Assembly: GCF_963921235.1 (NCBI RefSeq) | Contig: NC_086097.1 | Span: forward strand, 53,942,001-54,006,000 | Direction: 5' to 3' | DNA length: 64,000 bases | Source: Mobula hypostoma | Lineage: Eukaryota | Shown: positions 1 to 12,144 of the stretch, piece by piece | Layout: every line of letters starts with the position of its first letter | Numbering within the stretch: the first letter of the stretch is position 1 | Made by a program: the position numbers and the translations under genes | The notes under the pieces: generated by a model | Databases searched by the model: none | What the model was told of the DNA's origin: nothing | Seen by the model: only the letters and a program-made list of their open reading frames with translations

Positions 1-1327
1 TCTTTCTATTTCTGGTAGACTCTCATAATTTAAAAATAATTTTAATTCCCACTTTGGAGAGCTGGTATGATTACTCTTTTCATCAGCTGTTTATCACTTG
101 GCTGAGTCCAGTCTCCAACAATGTAGGAAATAGTTGAATTCTGGTGTAAAGATTTATGGAGTCTTCTTCAACCACTGTGTAATTATTTTATCCTACCTTC
201 CTTTCACTACTCGACTATGTTTGAGCTTGTAATCTTGTCATGTTGATAACTTGAAGGGTTTGTGCTCTATATTGAATATATGAGCTCTAATGAAGTATAT
301 TATTCTGTAATTCACATGCATTCATAATCAAATGCAACCCACCAGAGGTTAAATTTCATCCCCACTGTCTTCTTCACATTGTTAGTACATTTGCATTTCT
401 GACCCCACGTATTGTTAAGATTTTAATTATGCAGAATACATAAGATTTCACAAGTAAGCTCATGATTGCGCTGTTTCCCAAGGAATTGATCCCTTGAATC
501 CCAAGATGGAGTGACATTATGAAGGGCCCACATCAAATAATCTTGTTTTGTTGAAACCTACAATGTAAATTCATACAGTGGAGCATCTGTTTAACAATTC
601 ACTACAGCAGTCCAGAGTTTGCTTAAGAGTGGACACAGCTAAAGCAGACAGAATTCATGACTGAAACTACAGCAATAAAAGCAGAGTGCAGCAGCCAAAG
701 CAGAAATCACTCCGATAAACATGGAGTGAATAAAAGCAGAGCAATTCCTTCAGCAACAAATTATGGATATAAAATCAATTCCAGTCACTTTCAATCTGAT
801 TTACAGATTTGATTGACAGAGCAAATGGGTGAATAAATTGTAGAATTAAAGCCTCTTAATTGTGGGATGTCAGAAGATCAAGAGCCCTATCAAAAAGTTG
901 TGGTATTAAATAGAATCCTGACTTTTGCCAGCTTCCTCCCACTCCCAGCTGGATATATTAAGAATCTGTATATATTTCTAAGCTGCCCTTTACAACTGGA
1001 ACATTCAATTGGCTTCAATTGGTACATTTAATGTCAGAGAAATGTATACAATATACATCCTGACATTCTTTTTCTTCGCAAACATCTACAAAAACAGAGG
1101 AGTGCCCCAAAGAATGAATGACAGTTAAATGATAGAAACCCCAAAGCCCCCCAGCTCCCCCCTCCCATGCACAAGCAGCAGCAAGGCAATAACCCCCCCC
1201 TTCCCCCACCAGCAAAAAAAACATCGGTGCCCCCCACCGAGCCCTCAAGCATGCAGCAAAGCATCAATGAAGACACAGACTTGAAGTACCCCAAAGACTA
1301 TTCATTCACCCGGTATTCAACATACCA

Positions 1328-1331
<4 letters not shown>

Positions 1332-1395
<64 letters not shown>
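1332..1395. repeat. (CT)n microsatellite, about 32 units
   Basis: Direct perfect dinucleotide run. Confidence 0.98.
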
Positions 1396-1396
<1 letters not shown>

Positions 1397-2129
1397 ATAA
1401 GGGAAAAAGAGGTTTCCCCATTTCACAGCGAAAGGGGAGACATAACAAAACAACTCGCTGACTTATGGTGTTAAAAGCCTGTTGCATTGCTTTTTCCGAA
1501 CTCTGTGCCCAAAGAACTCAGGTCTTTGGGCACACAGCCAGCAGCCAGCCTGCTGCTTCCGATCTTCCGTGTTCTCCCGCGATGCATCAGTTGGCGGCAC
1601 CAGCCTTGAATCAGCCTGCCTCCACAGTCACGAAAATCTGGCACCCTGAAGGCACACGAGTCTTCCAGGCCTCGTCCTACAAATATCAAAAAGCGGCCGG
1701 TCGTGAGGCCCTGTGCCATTGCTCAGAATTTACTATATTCAGAAATTTTAGTCAATAAAGATCAGCAGAGTTGGGATTGGACATTGATCTGGATATAAAT
1801 GAAACTCCTAGAGAACATGGCTTCACAGCCAAGCTGCGCTTCTAGCCGGCAACTTGAAGAATGACGTCACTGCTCTCATCTACAAGCAAAAGGGGGAAAA
1901 GATCAGAAATTGACGGTCCATCTGACTGTTTCATCACTTTGTCCATGCTCATCACTAAATGATTTAACTCTGCTCTGTGTCACATAATTCATGCACATCA
2001 GATTGTGCCATATCTGGCAGGAAGATATCTCACAGCCTTGCAGTATTGAGGAATGTGATCATCCGCATACAGAACGGTAAGCTGGACGCCTCAAAGTTCA
2101 ACTTACTTTGTTATCAAAGTGCATATATG

Positions 2130-3150
2130 GTCACCATAAACAACTCTGAGATTCATTTTCTTGCAGGCATACTCAATAAATCCATAATAGAATCACTGAA
2201 AGGCCTCAGCAACTTTGGCATTCAATCAGTGTGCAAAAGAAAACAATCTGCAAATACAAAAAGAAAGTAATAAAAATAATAAATAAAAGAGCAATAGATA
2301 TCGGAAGCATGAGATGAAGAGCCCTGAAAATGAGTCCATAAGTTGTGGGAACATTTCAGTGGTGGGCCAAGTGAAGTTGAGTGAAGTTATCCTCTTTGGT
2401 TCAAGAGCCTGATGGTTGAGTTATAACTGTTCCTAAACCTGTACCTGATGCTCCTGTACCTTCCTTGTAAAGGCAGCAGTGAGAAGTGAACATGACCTGG
2501 GTGGTGGGATCCTTGATAATGGATGCAGCTTTCCCGTGACAACACTCTGTGTAGATGAGCTCAAGGGTGGGGAGGGCTTAAGCCATGATGGACAGGGCCA
2601 TATCCACTATTTTTTGTAGGATTTTCCATTCAAGGGCTCTGGTGTTTCCAATGGGCAGTGTTGTGTCCAACGGACACACAAGTGCACACAACTGACACTA
2701 GTTGGAAACTGTTCGGTGACTGTGGCAGTTACACAAGGTGGTATCAAGGCCTAGGTCTTGAGTCATTTATTAATTTTTAAGGAACGATAGTGTAAACTGC
2801 TGAGCTATAGTCAATGAAGAGCATCCTGATGCATGCATCTTAACTGTCCAGATGTTCTAGGGTAGAGCAAGGAACCAGTGAAATGGCATCTGTGTTGACC
2901 TGTTGTAATGGTAGGCACATTGAAGAAAGTCCAAGTCACTCCATAGGCAAGAGTTGATCTGTTTCATGACCAAACTCTCAAAGCACATCATCACAATGGA
3001 TGTACAGTAAGTACTACTGGATGATAGTCATTGAACCACATTCTTCTTGGGCACCAATATAATTGAAGCCTGTTTGAAGCTTCAGACTGTGTCCCTCAGA
3101 CTGCTGAAGTGAGAGATTAAAGACATCAGTAAACACTCCAACCAGGTGAA
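2130..3150 (-). mobile_element. Degenerate Rex1/Babar-type LINE fragments
   Basis: Minus strand near 2790-2835 reads [18 protein letters not shown] RT motif. The 3' portion resembles other Rex1 copies in the window. Confidence 0.7.
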
Positions 3151-3199
3151 GTGTTTAACTTCAACTGGTTGAATTTAAACCAGTTTAACTCCTGACAAG

Positions 3200-4310
3200 A
3201 CCTTCAGTACACAGCGAGGTACACTGTCTGCTTAAGATAAATTTGCAGTCAATATCAACAAAGTGTGATTTACAAGAACTACTGGTTTGTAGAAGCACAA
3301 TAACAATGGTGAGTGGTTGAAGTGTCATTGTGTACTGAGCTTCTACATGTCCCCAGCACTGTAAAGAAAGCATGTGAGCACACTGCTTTACTGTGTACCA
3401 TTCAAACGGACCTTGGCTCTCTCCTATCTTTTGTCGAGCTTTCTGCAGAGAGGAACTCTTGACCACAAGTTCATCAAGAATGTCCTGTCAGCACAGAATG
3501 TCCTGGATGCCCTGCGGGAGAACGAGATAGCGGAACCCATGGGATGGTTTCTCAAATAGACTGCCAAAGTTATTTGGCAGAATGCCTCTTCAGCAGAGCT
3601 CACCATAAGCATCCAAACCTCCCCTTGATCCTTCCTGCACAGCTGGAGCCTCAGTCATAGTCATAGTCATACTTTATTGATCCCGAGGGAAATTGGGTTT
3701 CGTGTCAGTTGCACCAACCAAGAATAGAGTATAGATATAGCAATATAAAACCATAAATAATTAAATAATAATATGTAAATTATGCCAGGAAATAAGTCCA
3801 GGACCAGCCTATTGGCTCAGGGTATCTGACCCTCCAAGGGAGGAGTTGTAAAGTTTGATGGCCGCAGGAAGGAATGACTTCCTATGACGCTCAGTGTTGC
3901 ATCTCGGTGGAATGAGTCTCTGTTTGCTCTCATTGCTTGCTGCCTTCAGTGTAGATGAAATGTTCATTCACCTATCAAGGACCATACATTTGTCAAGGAA
4001 GTCTGGAAAAGAATGCAGTGGTCTATGTTGAGGTTTGCCCAAGCAGCTGCTTAACACAAGGTTTCTGTAATCTACTGGCTGTTCCCAGGGATTAAGACCG
4101 AGATAAACTGCTACTGGAAAATCATCAGCTTCAGTCTGCCTAAAATTTATTGGTCTTCCAGTGAAGAGACGTATTCTAACTGGCACACAGCAGTAAGCAC
4201 TGAAGCTCTGAACAGCTACTGCAAAGGCTTTGTGTGGAAGGACTACAGTCAAGGGTCTAGCTGCCATTGGAATGAAGGGCTAGACCCTGTGTACAGCCTC
4301 CCTAACCCTC
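3200..4310 (+). mobile_element. Decayed Tx1/L1-type LINE ORF2 C-terminal fragment
   Basis: Peptide remnants VIWQNASSAEL, FVKEVWKRMQWS and EINCYWKII resemble Tx1 ORF2 C-termini. Interrupted by an insert at 3652-3921. Confidence 0.5.
3652..3921 (-). mobile_element. 5'-truncated LINE 3' end with (GACTAT)n tail
   Basis: Reverse complement of the 3' end of the element at 60830-61356. A shorter copy lies at about 46369-46421. Confidence 0.8.
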
Positions 4311-5086
4311 CTGGTGCCTTGTTTAAGACCATAAGACATAGGAGCAGAATTAGGCCATTTTGCCCATCAAGTCAGCTCCACCATTTCATCACGGCCGATC
4401 CATTTTCCCTCTCTTTTCCCAGTCTTCCCAATCTCCTGCCTTCTGCCATACGCATGCATGTCTGATAAGTTAAGAATCTAGTAACGTCTTCCTTAAATAT
4501 ATCCAATGACTTGGCCTCCACAGCCACCGGGGCAGTAAATTCTACAGATTCACCACATTCTGGCTAAAGAAATTCCTCCTTATCTCCATTCTAAAAGGAT
4601 GCTCCTCTGTTCTAAGGCTGTGTCCTCTGGCCTTAGACTCTCCCACCATAGGAAACATTCTCTCCACATCCATTCTGTTGAGGCCTTTCAACAAATGATT
4701 GGCTTCAATGAGGTCATCCCTCATCCTTCTGAATTCCAGTGAGTAAAGGCCCAGAACCATCAAACGCTCCTCATATGACAAGCCTTTCAATCCTGGTATC
4801 ATTTTTGTGAAACTCCTTTGAACTGTCTCCTATCCTTTCTTAGATCAGGGGCCCAAAACTGCTCACAATACTCCAAGTGAGGCCTCACCAGTGCTTTATA
4901 AATTCTCCACATTACATCCTTGCTTTTATATTCTAGTCCTCTTGAAATGAATCGCATTTACCTTCCTCACCACCAACTCAGCCTGCAACTTAAAATTTGT
5001 ACCTCACATTTTTGTATTTTCTTTTCATTTGGAAAATAGTTAACCCTTTTATTTATTTTACCAGAGTGGATGACCATACACTTCCC

Positions 5087-5817
5087 CAGACATCCCACCC
5101 TGCAAAAACTGATTTCAGGGAAGTAGCACCACCGATTTGTGAGAGACTGCCAGGAGAGGTGGGATGTCTGCAATAGAGTAGCTCCTTAGCAGCCAGCCAG
5201 CTAGTTTAAATAACGTTAGCTATGTTGATGAACGAATGACACCTGTTAAACTCACCTCAACATGTCTTTTACAGTCTTAACCCACCATGGGCAATAGAAA
5301 AGTCACTGTTGCAAACAGTGCAGCGAGCAACACTGTCATTATTTTTGACCCTTATTAGGCAGGGGTACACTTTAGTGTAGTCTGGGGTGTTGTACGTTTT
5401 ATATTTTCTTTTTTTTTGGAACACTCTGCCATGGCGTGTGCTCACGCTCTTGCTTGCTTTCTCTCTCGCGCTCTCTCTCTCTTTCTCTCGCACGCACGCT
5501 CTCGCTTGCTTTCTCTCTCACACTCTCGCTTGCTTTCTCTCTTGCTCTCTCTCTCGCTTCCTCTCTCACGCTCTCGCTTGCTTCCTCTCTTGCTCTCTCT
5601 CTCGCACTCGCACTCTCTCGCTTGCTTTCCCTCTCGCTTGCTTGCTCTCTCGCTCTCTCTCTCTCTCTCTCACGCTCACTCTCTCGCTTGCTTTCTCTCG
5701 CTCGCTCGCTCTCAAAAAAATTGATTTCCGTGATATTGTATATAATTTGCAGGCATCAGGGAGCCGCTATTCATATGCGGGAGACTCCCGGAACTTCTGG
5801 GAGAGGTGGGATGTCTG
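5087..5817 (-). mobile_element. Non-autonomous TIR DNA transposon (hAT-like) with BED-finger remnant
   Basis: 13-bp TIR CAGACATCCCACC (5087-5099) / GGTGGGATGTCTG (5805-5817). 6-bp TSD CTTCCC (5081-5086, 5818-5823). Minus ORF ARCTVCNSDFSIAHGG continues after a frameshift as DCKRH. Confidence 0.8.
5440..5712. repeat. Compound (CT)n / CTCGCTTGCTTT low-complexity array inside the transposon
   Basis: Repeated ctcgcttgctttctctct units seen directly. Confidence 0.9.
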
Positions 5818-7644
5818 CTTCCCGACACCGTATTCCATCTGCCACTTCTTCGTCCATTTTCCTAATCTGTCTAAGTCCTTCTGTAGCCTCTCTACTTCCT
5901 CAAAACTGCCTGCTGCTCCACCTCTTTTTGAATCATCCACAAACTTGGCCACAAAGCCATCAATTCCATCATCTAAGTCACTGACATATAATGTAAAAAG
6001 AAGCAGTCCCAACACAGACCCCTGTGGAACACTACTTGTCAGCCTTCCTTGTGTCATCCTGCTTTTAGAATACTTCTCCCTCTTTAGGATGTATATATCC
6101 TGCTCCTTGCAAATTGGTCCTAGAAATACCAGCCATTGCTGCTCTGCAGTCATCCCTGCCAATGTTTCCCCCCCACCAGTCAATTTTGGTCCTATCTCAT
6201 GTTTCTATAATTTCCTTTACCCTACTGTAGCTTCTCCTTCTCAGACTTCAGGGTGCATTCTATCATATTATGATCACTGACTCCTAAGGGTTCCTTTACC
6301 TTAAACTCTCTTATCAATTCTGGTTCATTACACAACATTTAAGAAGGAAACATGAGTAGCATTGATTCCTTGCAAGAGAATGTATTGAATTTTTGGATGA
6401 TTTAATATTGACAAAGGTATGCACCTGCTGTTTTTACTCAACATGTTATGAATAAGGTATATTTTTGAAGTTAAAAATATAAATTCTTCATAAAATGCAG
6501 TCTCACCAGGTCAGAAAGCTATAAAGTTGATAGATATCTAATCGCTTCCTGTCAAATAGATAATACATAACTTCCAATCTTCCCTAAATGTGAATTTGGA
6601 TTCCCAGATTATTTACAAAATGGATTTGTAAATTGGAATTCTGCTACAGTATAATTGTATATACAGGTTTCTGGAATTACTGTGTATTTCAGGAATAGGA
6701 TGGCAACAAATTAATTCAAAATATTCAAAATGGTATCATGCTCCACATCTCCCATTCTACACATAAATCACTTTAACCTCAAGGGGACCCTACTTTGACT
6801 TTTTTCCCTTAAATCTGAAGACAGAGACATCCTAAATTCTTAAACACATATCAATTATTTTCACAGTTGCTCTTCAACCAAAGAGAAGCATGTTTTGAGA
6901 CAATGGTTTAAAAATACTATTGGCCCCCTGTGCAAAATAAGATGTGGAAGGGAGAAGGAGGCTAACGTCGGGAAATGCTCTACACCAATATCTATAAGTA
7001 TACTTAGAAAATATCCTTGGACCAAACAAATTCTATGGTTCTCTGCTGACTACTGGTACACTACCCTAAGGATATAGATGTGTAAATGTGATCCGTATGT
7101 GACCATAAATCAGTGGTCAAACTTTTATTGTTGGTTTCATTGAACATAATAGGTAATTAGAAGTAAACTGGTTTATAAATCAAAGAACTGCAGATGCTAG
7201 AAATCTGGAATGAAATCTGAATTTTCTGGAAGCTGACAGCAGACCAGGCAGCATCTGTCAAAAGAGTAACAGATGCAATAGTTCAGGTCAGATTCCCTTC
7301 ATCACAAGCTACTTGACCCCTGAGGGTTAAAGATCACCCTAATGTTATTTTCATCCAATGTTCACGCATATCAGCAAGTGAATGACTGCTTAATGATCAA
7401 AAGCAAGTATAATATAAGTCAACTGTTTTCCTTCCCCAGAATTGAGTGTTAATGCCAGTCAACTTTATATTAACCAAAAAAATTGTGTTTAATTCCGAAA
7501 AAAAACTCAGCTCCAGGACTATGTTTTCAATTTTCTGATGTGATTGGATAAATTGATACTGAGCAGAGGAAACTGCCGATTTTTAATGAGATCTGCTCTT
7601 TCAGATTTATAACCAAGGCTCTTTTTCCCCACCCCCCCACCCCC

Positions 7645-7905
7645 CTTAGATGCACATAAAAAGTTGCATGGTACTATTTCAAAGAAGAACGAGGGTCCTG
7701 CGATACTGGCCAATAGTTATCACTCAATTTCTATTACAAAATCAGATCTTCTAGGCATTACCACATAGATGTCTGTGGGAGTTGCTAGGTACAGATTGGC
7801 GACAGCACTTCCTCATTACTCCAGTCACATCAGCAGTTATTTGTTTAATGTTCAGAGATCCTGAAAGGGATAATGAACGGTGTTACATAATTGGAACCCT
7901 TCTTC
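7645..7905 (+). mobile_element. Ancient Deu-SINE (AmnSINE1/SacSINE1-like) fragment
   Basis: catggtactatttcaaagaaga...ctggccaatagttat...gtgggagttgct resembles the Deu-domain consensus as recalled. Confidence 0.6.
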
Positions 7906-9025
7906 TCCTTTCATTTCCAGACTGGTATTGTAGCAGGCAAAATGGGACATGGGGTTGACATGAAAGGAAAAGGTGTCTGGATGTCCTTTATTACCAAATG
8001 CTTTCAAATATAATTGTTCAGCTATGGGGAATTGTGAAATAAATATGAATTTTCTAGAGGTAATTTGGAACTTTCTTAGACTGCCTCAATAAAAGCAGTA
8101 AAAATTAGATTTTTTTTCAAATGTGCAAATTACATATCACAGTTATAAATTCTTGAGGCCTCAAGCATAATTTTTGGCAAAAGGCAGTGGGGACCTGTGA
8201 GAAAACAAATTTCATAAACTGATTTCAGAAAACCATAGAATAGGTGAGATAATGGAGGAACTTTCCCCAAGGACTCAATAGGAATGTACTTCACATACAT
8301 ATACTATCTAGTAGGTAGGATATAGTGAATTTCTGTGGGTCTAAAAATAGTAGTTGTATGGAAAGAGCACGCAAAAATGACAGGCACAGGTTGCGTTCAG
8401 AACTTTACTTCAAAAGCATCGGATTGAACCAAGCTATCCAACAATTTTTTTTCTATATACAGTCTTTGACTTCACCAACATGGTTACCTCCAAAACCATA
8501 GTAGTCCACTGTGTGAAAAGCACATCAGCACATTGAAATTCACTTGTCATTAACTCCACAAACATTGCACCAAGGAAAGATGAAAAAACTTTAGAGATGA
8601 TGTTAATAAATTGATTCCAGAGATGAGAAAATGAATGGTACTGGTTTCCATTAGAAATTCCTATTCAATCTCGATAAGATCTGTCCCACTGAGATGGAAG
8701 GGTTGCCCATTTGGCTTTTTATAGCAATGTAACACTTTCAATTATATGAAACGCCTCAGAGATGTTAATGTAATCTGAAATATTTGACACCCTTTTTCTT
8801 TTTGTTCTACGCATGCCCCATTGGAAATCTTAAGTCTAACTCAAGTTCCAAATTAATGATTATGACAAATAAGGCATACCTGCTAAAATAGCAGAAGTGT
8901 CTTAAAACTTCATTTACAAGTTAATACTGAAATGATAGGCTTTAGTTTGTGAACAACCTACAAAAAAGTTTCACAATGATCAGCCGTTCATTAACCAAAG
9001 CTAAGATATAGTTTCATGCGAGACA

Positions 9026-9200
9026 AAGAAGAGAAAATCTGCAGATGCTGGAAATCCAAGCAACACACACAAAATGCTGGAGGAACTCAGGAGGCCAGGC
9101 AGCATCTGGGAGAAGAGTACTGTCGACGTTTCAGGCCGAGACCCTTCGGCAGGACCTAGAAGCTGCCTGGCCTGCTGAGACCCTTCAGCATTTTGTGTGT
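9026..9200. mobile_element. Short PLE-tail fold-back element with hammerhead-like motif
   Basis: TSD gtttcatgcgagaca (9011-9025) / gtttcataagagaca (9201-9215). Minus strand reads cctgccgaagggtctcggcctgaaacgtcgac, followed by an inverted partial arm. Confidence 0.8.
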
Positions 9201-9349
9201 GTTTCATAAGAGACAGATGAGACTACAGTTCAGGTTTAAGATAGTGCTGGTAAAACCCAACGACTACTTATCGGTGGCAAGCAAAACAAAGAAAATAACT
9301 AAATACCTTATTACAAACATTTTCTCTGGTAAAATTCTTGGTAAACAAT

Positions 9350-9952
9350 CACAAACAATGGAGAGGTAAGCGGAGGCGAGGCAAATTTTGAGACAGAGTC
9401 GAGGCAGAGCCCGGGCCGTCCCCGGAGTGAAGAAAGACCCAAGGTCTGATTGGCTTAAGTGCCAGGCCGAATTGGAAAGGTCGGGCATGAGCCAAATCGT
9501 GGAGGCAGAGTCCAGGCCTCAGAGTTTATCGAAGAAACAGGGCCCAGGTGCAAGGACAAGGAACCACCCAATATTTGAACAATTTAAGTGCCAGGCCACA
9601 TTGAAAATGTCAGTGTGTTGGGACCAGAGGTGAGGGATGGGCCAGTTCCTCACTGCTCTGTGACATTTACTCGGCACTCCACTGAACTGAGGCTGGGGCC
9701 TGCTCCCACTGCAGTGACGTCTGGCTTCACATCTGTGGGCTCACTTCTGTAAATCTTCAGTTCTGAATGCTATTTACTTACTTTTATTGTTTCCATGATT
9801 TGTTTTTTTCTCTCTGCACGTTGGGTGTTTGACGGTCTTCTTTTTAATGCGTCCTTTTGGGTTTCTTTGTTTTGTTGCTGCCTGTAAAGAGAAAATTCTC
9901 AAGCTTGTATAATGTACACATACTTTGATAATAAATGTACCTCGAACTTTGA
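9350..9952 (+). repeat. Interspersed repeat ending in a LINE-type tail (tactttgataataaa...gaactttgaa)
   Basis: The same 3' tail recurs at about 17240-17305, 23170-23253, 46020-46090 and 50320-50450. Confidence 0.55.
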
Positions 9953-10362
9953 AGATACTGGAATTTAGAAACTGCTGGAGGCACTCAATAGGTCAGGAAA
10001 AATCTGTGGAGGGAAATGGATAGTCAAAATTTTGGGTCAAAATACTCTATGTTCATTATATTTATATAACATGAATATTATTCTTGAGATATCAACCATG
10101 TCCATAATCCAGCATATCAGCCCATTTTACGTTGTCCTCACATTGTCAGGGTTCCTCTCACTGGAGAATATGAAGCATAGTATTCATTAAGGACCTCTCT
10201 TCCTCCTCTGACCAGGCATGTTTCCAGTTTTATCCCTGATCAGTCCTACCCTCACTCTAGTTATCCTGTTTTTTATGTATGTGTAGAAGACCTTAGGGTT
10301 TTCCTTCATCGATTCATCAGGGTCTTCTCATGTCCTCTTCTAGCTCACCCAAGTCCATTCTT

Positions 10363-10580
10363 GGGGGTAGAGAAGAGAGAAACATAAGGTGATAGGTGAA
10401 ACCCCTCCCCCTCCTTTTAAATCTACTCCTCATCTTTTTTTTCTCCAGACCTGCCGAAGGGTCTTAGCCCAAAAAGTCGACTGGACTTTTTTCCATAGAT
10501 GCTGCCTGGCCTGCTGTGTTCTTCCAGCATTTTGTGTGTGCTGCTTGGATTTCCATTATCTGCAGATTTTCTCTTGTTTG
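10363..10580 (+). mobile_element. PLE 3' tail with degenerate hammerhead motif
   Basis: cagacctgccgaagggtcttagcccaaaaagtcgactg followed by the shared gatgctgcctggcctgctg...ctgcagattttctc tail. Confidence 0.75.
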
Positions 10581-10654
10581 TGACACCTGACTAGGTTCAT
10601 TCCATTGCATCAGGTTCAACATGACCTCTCCTCTAGTCAGACTGGGTACTGAAG

Positions 10655-11995
10655 ACAAGTGCTGACCAGCTGGCTGGTGTGTTCATGGATATCTTCAACC
10701 TCTCGCTCCAGCAGTGTGTGTGGTACCCTCCTGCTTCAAGCCAGCTTCAATCATACTGCTACCTAAAAAGAGTGCGGTAACCCGAATAAATGACTATCAC
10801 CCAGTGGCACTTACATCCACAGTGATGAAGTGTTTTGAGAGGTTGATGCTGAAACAGATCAGCTCTTGTCTAAGTGGTGATTTGGATCTGCTGCAATTTG
10901 CCTACCAGAACAGGTCCACAGCAGATGCCAATTCATTGGCTCTTCACATAACCGTGAAACATTTGGGCAGCAAAGATGCATACATCAGGATGCTCTTTAT
11001 CAATTACAGCTCAGCATTTAATACCATCATCCCCTCAAAATTAATCAGTAAACTCCAAGTCCTGGGCCTCAATACTTCCTTGTGCAATTGGATCCGGGAT
11101 TTCCTTACTTGCAGAGCCCAGTCAGCTCTGATTGGCAAAAACATCTCCTCCATGATCTCCATCAGTGCAGGAGCACTACAGGGATGTGTGCTTAACCCCC
11201 TGCTCGACTGTGTGGCTAAGTACAACTCCAACACCATATACAAGTTTGCTGATGACACCACTGTTGTGGGTCATATCAAAGGTGGTGATAGTCAGCATAC
11301 AGGAGGGAGATCGAAAATTTGGCTGAGTGCTGTAGTAACAGCAGCCTCTCATTCAATGTCAATAAAACCAAGAAACTGGTTGTAGACTTCAGCAGGGGGA
11401 AACCAGAGGTCCGTGAGCCAGTAATTATTGGAGAATCAGAGATGGAGAGGGCGAGTAACTTTAAATTCCTGGGTGTCACTAACTCAGAGGACCATGGTCC
11501 TGGAGGATCGTTGTTTCGCTTTTACTGTGTACTGTACCAGCAGTTATGGTTGAAATGACAATAAAAGCGACATGACTTGACTTGACTGTCCTGGACCCAT
11601 CATATAAATATAATTGCAGAGAAAGCACAACAGCACTTCTGCTTCCTTAGGAGTTTGTGGAGATTTGGCATGTCATCAAAAATCTTGGCAAGCTGCCATA
11701 GATGTGTGGTGGAAATTGTGCTGACTGGCTGCATTATGGTCTGGTATGGGAACACCAATGCCTTTGAGCAGAAAATCCTACAAAAGGTAGTGCATTCGGC
11801 CCAGTACATCATGGGTAAAACCCTCCCAACGACTGAGCAAATCTACATGAAACATTGCCGTAGAAAATCAGCATCATTCAGCACAGATCCTCACCACCCA
11901 GTCCATGCTCTTTTCTCATGGTCGCCATCAGGTAGAAGGTACAGGTGCCTTAGGACTCACACCACGAGGTTCAAGAGTAATTACTACCCCTCAAC
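10655..11995 (+). mobile_element. Rex1/Babar LINE RT remnant with a small nested LINE tail at about 11490-11585
   Basis: ORF 10714-11385: [47 protein letters not shown] 11655-12137 carries the C-terminus. Frameshifted. Confidence 0.9.
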
Positions 11996-12144
11996 TTCAA
12001 GGGAGAACTACACCTATTCTATTTCTGGCATTCCCACAAACGCTGGTCTCACTTTAGGATCAAAATCAGGTTTATTATCACCAGCATGTGTCGTGAAATT
12101 TGTTAACTCAGCAGCAGTAATTCAATGCAAGACATGATAATGTA

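Larger units (their letters stand above)
4325..6340 (-). mobile_element. CR1-clade LINE remnant, interrupted by a DNA transposon at 5087-5817
   Basis: ORFs 5767-6183 (VPQGSVLGLLLF...AKFVDD) and 4542-4802 (GLKGLSYEERL...RGHSLR...RRNFFSQ) are CR1 RT and C-terminal motifs. CR1-type 3' tail near 4325. Confidence 0.88.

Noticed and set aside
1167..1397. 76-aa ORF ending in (SL)n
   Set aside because: Translation of the (CT)n microsatellite within a probable interspersed repeat.
5387..6280. 297-aa ORF and overlapping 102/182-aa ORFs
   Set aside because: Artefact of the stop-free (CT)-rich array plus the antisense strand of a CR1 RT fragment.
7180..7325. Functional hammerheads here and at about 9960-10050, 45285-45390, 51520-51600 and 58850-58940
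   Set aside because: PLE-tail homology is visible, but the catalytic core nucleotides are lost.
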